NCBI GenBank assembly: GCA_030141605.1
Contig: JAQGDQ010000063.1
Coordinates: forward strand, 310,001-374,000
Reading direction: 5' to 3'
Source of the DNA: Tubiluchus corallicola
Taxonomy: Eukaryota; Animalia; Priapulida
DNA length: 64,000 nt
Shown: piece after piece, positions 57,701-64,000 of the stretch
How positions within the stretch are numbered: the first letter of the stretch is position 1
Layout: each line of letters begins with the position of its first letter
The notes under the pieces: generated by a model
The model's database searches: none
Told to the model about the DNA's origin: nothing
Seen by the model: only the letters and a program-made list of their open reading frames with translations
Made by a program: the position numbers and the translations under genes

Positions 57701-59089
57701 GAGAATGCATTTGTAAGGTTATGATTCAAACAATGATTAAACATTATGAACTATTAAGCAGAGTTTTCATGTTGATTGTTAAATGCTCATTAGCAGATTC
57801 ATTTGTTTGTGTGTTTTCGAAAACTTGTTTGTGCGAATCACACAGACTAAAGTTTTGAGCAATAATGGAAAAATTCGTAGGTCCTCATCTCCACTCATCA
57901 CATTGGAGCTATCCTGAAGGATTGCTAAAATGATATCCAAGAACATGTCATTGATCGGCATTCATAAGATAGGTTTGGCAACTGCACAACAAGTATTCAA
58001 GCATTTTAAGCTCAACACTGATCACATGAGTCACCAAAAATACTCCTGTGGGCAGTGCAAAACGCACAAAATTTTTACACTTGATATTGAGAGCTGATTC
58101 AGCAATCATGCAATAAATTGTTCTATTACTTCCTGCTTTTGTACACTATTACCAAAAAATTCTGTTACACACGTACTGCGCTTGATACTTCAAAAGTGCA
58201 GGCTGTGCGAGATACATGAGTTTCCACACCAAATTTTATGATTATATTAAGGGTATCACAGATCCTCTTTTGGTTCAGCAGTACTTTGACCAGATAAATT
58301 GTTTTGTAGTACACTGTACGCACTGTGTTTGTTCTCTCTAGCAAAAGGTCCTGTTACACACTGCACTAGTTCAACAAGAATAGAAGCACTAAATGTGTTT
58401 CTATCCTGCACGTCCTACGTGTTCATTGCTCACTAAAGTTAATGATTTCCATAAGAAATTCATGGATCATAATTGGCGTATACATATTTGTTGCCACGGA
58501 TCCATTTTTATCTAAAAATTTAGAATGTATACATTGTTGGGCAGATGTATTTGCATACTAAAATTATGATGTAACAATGTTAATAAGGCAGATCCATTAG
58601 CAGATGTAATCCACTGAAGAGAGGGCTGTGTTGGAAAGTGAAAAATTGAACCCCTCGGCTGTGTTTTGCGCAATTGCAGTATAATCAAATTAGTCCAAAA
58701 TGCAGCATGACCAGGACAAAAATAGTGTAAAGCTAGATTTTTGCACAGACACCCACAACATCATACAGAATAATACATCCAAAATCCCAACGCAAGTTTA
58801 AACGCAAAAAACTCAATTAGAACGCTTTTAAGATAGCATATATGTACCAGCTTTACACCATTTTTGTCCTAGTAACGCCTTATTTTGACGAAACTAAATG
58901 GCCCGTGGTATCAGTAGCACATCAATAGCCCGATCCTACAATGAAAACTATGGCTTCTAAATTCAGATAACTTTCAAAGATACCAGCTGCAACAACAATA
59001 ACAATGATTTGACAACAACAAGAACAACAACAGTCACAACAACAACTGTCATGACCACCGCACTTCCTGCTGTTCACAGTCCAGAAACT

Positions 59090-59300
59090 ATGGGTGACAG
59101 CATTGAACGTTGAACGTTTGAACCTAAAATTACGGATTCAAGCAATTCATCACTTCAACCATAAAATTTCATCATTAAAATGTTTGAAACGTCATGCAAT
59201 TAGTACAATTTAGCTGCTACAGCTGTGCTCAATTTTTAAACAAATTATTAGCATTCTACTGTAGAAAAAAATCGAGTAATATTCACAATCTTTGTAAGAC
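59090..59300. mobile_element. Further copy of the TTCGAA-rich element
   Basis: Shares TTTGAACCTAAAATTA, TCATTAAAA..TTTGAAAC, TTTTTAAACAAAT and AAAATCGAGTAATATTCA..TGTAAGAC with 57365-57590. Confidence 0.55.
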
Positions 59301-59339
59301 CATTTTCTTCGATTGGTTCGAACATAAGTAAATACTGAA

Positions 59340-62300
59340 GGCTAGTAAATCACCAACATCATTCTGACGAATATCATCCTGAGTTATTTATAAACTTTGG
59401 AAGTAATTTGAAACATGCATTATTGAAGATTTTTAACAAGTCGTGGACCAATGGAATTCTACCGACAGATTGTACTTATGCAACTGTTAAGTTCGTCAGG
59501 AAACAAGGCAAGGCTGACTATATATTACGTACCCTTTTCTAACTATCCTATTAGCTTGACATCATTCATCTGCAAAATTATGGAAAGATTGGTACTTTTT
59601 AGATTAATCAAGGCAACTGATGTGTATAATATTATTGATCTACAACAAGATAGTTTTAGGACGTTTAGTTCAACAACTCACTTTGTTTTACGACTTCTAT
59701 AAAGTATATTTGATGGTTTTAACAATGGTAATAAAACAGTTCCTTGTTTCTTGGATTTGGAGAAAGCTTCTATGCCGGACTGTGTATGGCGAGATGGACA
59801 TCTTAACAAGCTATGTGGTGCTTGCATTACTGGCACATTGTGGCTGTGGATTATAGGTTTTTGTAATCAAACAGACGTGCTAGATGTCTAATTAATGGAT
59901 ATCAAGGGCCTGCATTTGTTTCTTCTATGGGTTTACCACAGGGGAGTGTTATTCAGCCAAGTTTATTCAACATTTTCGTACCTGATATGCTCAACTCTGT
60001 AGAGGGAAATCATTGCAAGTATGCAGATGACGGTAAGTTATGGTCCACTGCTCCGGATGTCATCAGTCTAGCTTCATTAGTTTGCTCTCACGTAGAACAT
60101 ATTATTAACTGGTGTTGTTTATGGTGTATGTCACTTAATATAAGTAAAACTGAAGTTAATGTGTTTAGTAGAGTTCTTCATATACTAACTAGTAATTCTC
60201 CTCGTGTTTTGTAATGTATTGCTAAAGCAAAACCAATTTCCAAAGCTACTTGGCATTACCCTAAATGAGAAATTAACCTTTCATCCCCACATTGTCAAAC
60301 TATCAATGACAGCTAGCAAAACTCTTTCAGTCATTAAAGAGATAAGAGGTATTATTAATGTGATGGTCCCCCATCTAGCAGATTACTGCCACTAATTATT
60401 TTTCACTTTAAGTATTAACCTAAATGCTATCACGAATTGTTTACCTCCGATTGATAATATTGATGTATTGGTCCAAGCTTGTGCTGCCACCTTTAGTCAA
60501 GAGTAGCATTATCTTCGACGAAGTTATCCAATAAATGAAGCCATTTTCTGTTAAGCTACCTTAAATATGTAATTAGGCAGAAGAAGATGAAATTAATTTC
60601 GTTTCAACATTTTTATTTTTCAGAAAATATGTTTAGCAACAATTTTATCCATGACAATATTATGTCCAAGTTTGAACAAGTTTGTGAAAGCTTCGTCGCT
60701 GTACTATTGAGGTCACTTCACCCAGAACTCGTTTCTGATTGGTCGGCTAGCTTTCGAAGCCGGATATTAGGCGTATTGGCAGTGTAGAATGGCTGTGTTG
60801 AAAAATAGTCATATGTAACTAAATCATGGTTTCTTTCATACGATGATTGAACGAAAAATGGATGGTTTGTTCATTATTATGATCTTCTTATTTGTTGGTG
60901 AACGATGTTCTTCTTTGGCTGGTGAAACCTCGTCAGTTAGGCAATTGCTGAGAGACATTTGTTAAATTAGGCATTCATTACACAGCCTAATTACCTTTAC
61001 GTTGGATGAAGATACTGTCACCTTTGATGTCACGTTTGATGGTCTAAATCGCTCCCTTTCTGCGTGTGAACCCGGGGGAGATGATCTTCTCGTTATCTGA
61101 TCTCAAGAGATCCCATTCTGTGTCCCTGCCAGTTCGATGGGAAGCTGTGGAGACTTCCTGGAAAAGGCTACCTGCTGCCCACGAAATAGACTGAGAGAGA
61201 CGCTAACTTAGCCAACTTCCACTGGAGACCGAATTCTGCTGCATTACTACAACGTGTGTGAGAAAGGACCGGTCCTACCCAAATATTGGAGACCTCGCCT
61301 TGGTAAACTACTATTTTGTTATTGTTGTTTGCTGAAAGACTTGTTTTTTATAATGTCCTGTCCAATGTTCGCTCCGTAAATTGAAATAATAATCCTGACA
61401 CTTATCTATAAAAGCAAAAATAATTTGCCAACGTGTTTTATTGTCTCAGGATGTTACAATTAATATTTCAACTACACATCTACTTTGTATTTATGTTCAT
61501 TCGTTGGTGGACTATGATGTTATCATCTGGCAAGTTGCAGATTGTAAACATCTGGCTATGTTAGAGGCTGTTCAACGGAAGGCTTTACTTTTATGTCTGG
61601 ATCTTCCTTCAACTGCTGGTGTTGAAGTATTGGAAGTTGTCAGTAGTGCACCTCCGCTGGATCTGTGATTTTTTTGAACTTGCTGTTACAGAGCTTGCAA
61701 AAATTGAATCCAAATCAATACCTAATCCTCTGAAAGAACAACTAGAAGATTTTAAAGCAGTTGGCTAGGGTAATATCAGATGTGTTTCTCCTATGGCATA
61801 AGCTATTTTTTGCCACGGTAGATAGAAAAGCGTGGGAATGTTATAATTTCTCACGTGGTTATGGAAGTTGATTTCGTTCTATAAATAACAATTTTACATA
61901 TATTCATGTGGCTAAACCTAATTATTGGAATGTACTAGGATCCTCAAAGAATAGGTCAAAAGCACAAGAACTTCTTGGGAAAGCCTTTGTTTTAAATTCT
62001 TTAAGCAGTCTTTCAGATAATGCTGTTTTGCATTAAAAGATGGTTCTTGTCCTGACAATCCTGGACCATGTGCAGCAGGAGCAGTAATTTAGTCACATTT
62101 TCAGGAATTTTGTCAGATCAGTGAACTAGTAGCATTGCATGGAACCATTTTGTTAGCTGAACTCATTGCTATATTTGCTGTGTTACAGTTTGTTGCAGAA
62201 AAATTAATCTTTGTTGTTACAGATATTAAAAATGTTGCAGTTTTTTCAGTCGATGTTCAATAGACAATGTATCTTTACGATGCTCTAGTAACTATTACAA

Positions 62301-62670
62301 AGATCTATGTGACAGTACAAAAATTTATATTAAATTTCTTTATAGTATTGACATGTTAACTTTATATGGGTTACTGTAATATTGTAATATTATTGGTAAT
62401 GATCTGTCTGATTCCTTGGCTAAAAAAGCCGCCCATGATGCTCAATTTATGGATGTAAATTCCTGTATTTACACTTTGCAAGCTGTCAAGAATGCAAGCC
62501 GAAAAACTTTACTTCGTAAATGCCAATTTCAGTGAATCACTCTCCAAATGGTAGATTCTTCTATGTTTTGTGGGCGTCTGTGACCTTCAATAGAAGACTT
62601 GATTTTCCATCAAAGTCACAGTTTTCCAAACTTCTTCAATTACATACCTAAACTTAATTACTACCTTCAT
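59340..62670 (+). mobile_element. Decayed LINE with RT and RNase H (I/Nimb-like clade), split by a ~1.1-kb insertion at ~60360-61470
   Basis: LLKIFNKSWTNG, YPISLTSFICKIMERLV, GLPQGSVIQPSLFNIF, KYADDG and KLLGITLNEKLTF. Resumes with LEAVQRKALLLCL..LEVVSSAPPLDL, then RNase H remnants DGSCPDNPGP, AELIAI and GNDLSDSLAKKAA. Many stops and frameshifts. Confidence 0.85.
61016..61400. mobile_element. Possible solo LTR nested in the LINE
   Basis: GC-richer ~385-bp block bounded by TGTCA...TGACA with an AATAA word near the right end. No clear target-site duplication. Confidence 0.35.
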
Positions 62671-64000
62671 AAATGGCGCGCTTCCACATTAGACAACTTT
62701 AAAGAGACAACATAAATATTGTTGTTGTTGTTTCACAAAATAATAAGAGACTTCACAAAATAACAAAATTACACTATAAGCAAAGAGCTACATGTGGACT
62801 ATCAAACTGACACGTGTCAAATAGTCGGCGTATACAGAACCGCATAGCTTATATAAACTTTACGAAGGGGCCAGTTAACGGCCGATGCATATCAGGTCAG
62901 GTGATCAAGCCAGTGTAAAACTATATGTAAGAATACCACGTAAATAACCTACAGATCGACATGTACAGATTATTTATCAACAACAGGAAATATTAAGCAA
63001 ACTAAACGTATTTAAAGTAAAAAGAAAAGATTTTGAAGAAACAAAGCTGCAATGTTGATCAAAATAACTATAAAGATGAAAAATAACAACAAAACCTAGA
63101 ATTGAACTCGCGACCTATGTGTCGCGGACCCTACAGAAAGTTTTTGTCCGAGAGTGTGCTTTATCAAAGGGATGTGCTGTTATACAATATTTCCTGATAT
63201 ACAAGCTTACCTAATTTCAAGTTAGCTGATTTGTCTTGTGAAGTCGCTGACTAAGAAAATGTTGATATTGAGGCGATAATTAAAGATCTTTGTTCTTTTA
63301 TGGATAGCATTGAATGTTTAAACAAGCGGACACTATAATATTGCCCACGTTTCGTCAGCGTTGAGTCATATCACTGTATTCTCTTCAGCATTTAAGAAGA
63401 AATTTTCTGTTGTGATAAACAGCTTATATTGTGTTGATTTAAGCATTTACATGAACATTTTGTCGATAGACATTGATGAGGAGAAAATGTGTTCGAAAAT
63501 CTTTTAAACTCGATTCGAACTTTGAAATGCTGAAATTCGGTTCTATTCGAATGCAGAGTCACAAATTCTCATTCGATTCCAATGCCACAAAGTCAGCGGA
63601 TTCGACATGAAAGTAATATGTTTATCTATGGTTAGCGCCTAGTCGACCAGATAGTCTTTTCCGTTCGGCTCGGACCGCGGCGCTTTGTCCACTTTGAACA
63701 TTGTCTCTTGGGTCCCGACCATGGCTAAACGCTAGTGTAGTTATAGGTATTTTTGGTATCACCTTGGTACTATACATGCACAGAGATAGTATTTTGTTTT
63801 CGTTTTCAATTATCTTGTTGTATTGGACGGTTTATCACATTATAATGATGTCATGTGCGATGCGATTTTGTAGCTCTTTGACAACAACAATTATTAGGCT
63901 ATCTCCCAGTTATTTTTAAATTTTTCTCAATACTAAAGTTTTAGAATTTAGATCATTACACGAACATTACTTAACGATCAGCTTTGTTCGAATTTAAGTT

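Noticed and set aside
63095-63150. tRNA-like B-box (GGTCGCGAGTTCAATTC on the minus strand)
   Set aside because: No cloverleaf or convincing A-box. At most a decayed SINE head.

Overview
AT-rich, intron-rich animal (bilaterian invertebrate) genomic DNA, not prokaryotic. I built four protein-coding genes by hand from GT-AG splice sites with consistent phases. (1) The 3' part of a Dscam gene (+, <1..23320, 30 exons, end of Ig5 to stop). It has a single copy of every exon, with no alternative-exon arrays, and a tail ending in DYTFV that resembles vertebrate DSCAM. (2) An unrecognised 8-exon gene (+, 25795..31918, 1031 aa) that is mostly low-complexity, with a PAM2-like motif and basic NLS-like tracts. 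(3) A neurensin gene (+, CDS 41022..41825) with probable 5'UTR exons near 37.45-37.68 kb. (4) An ECHDC1-like ethylmalonyl-CoA decarboxylase (-, 48861..51780, 5' end unresolved). The rest is decayed transposable elements (two BEL/Pao LTR relics; CR1/L2-like, RNase H-bearing and RLE-type LINE fragments; piggyBac-, pogo-, Harbinger- and hAT-like non-autonomous elements) plus micro- and minisatellites. I saw no rRNA, tRNA or CRISPR array. I cannot claim a clear new biological system. The best leads are the orphan PAM2-like gene, the non-hypervariable Dscam with conserved tail motifs, and the neurensin promoter bracketed by inverted repeats. All family assignments rest on recalled motifs, not database searches.
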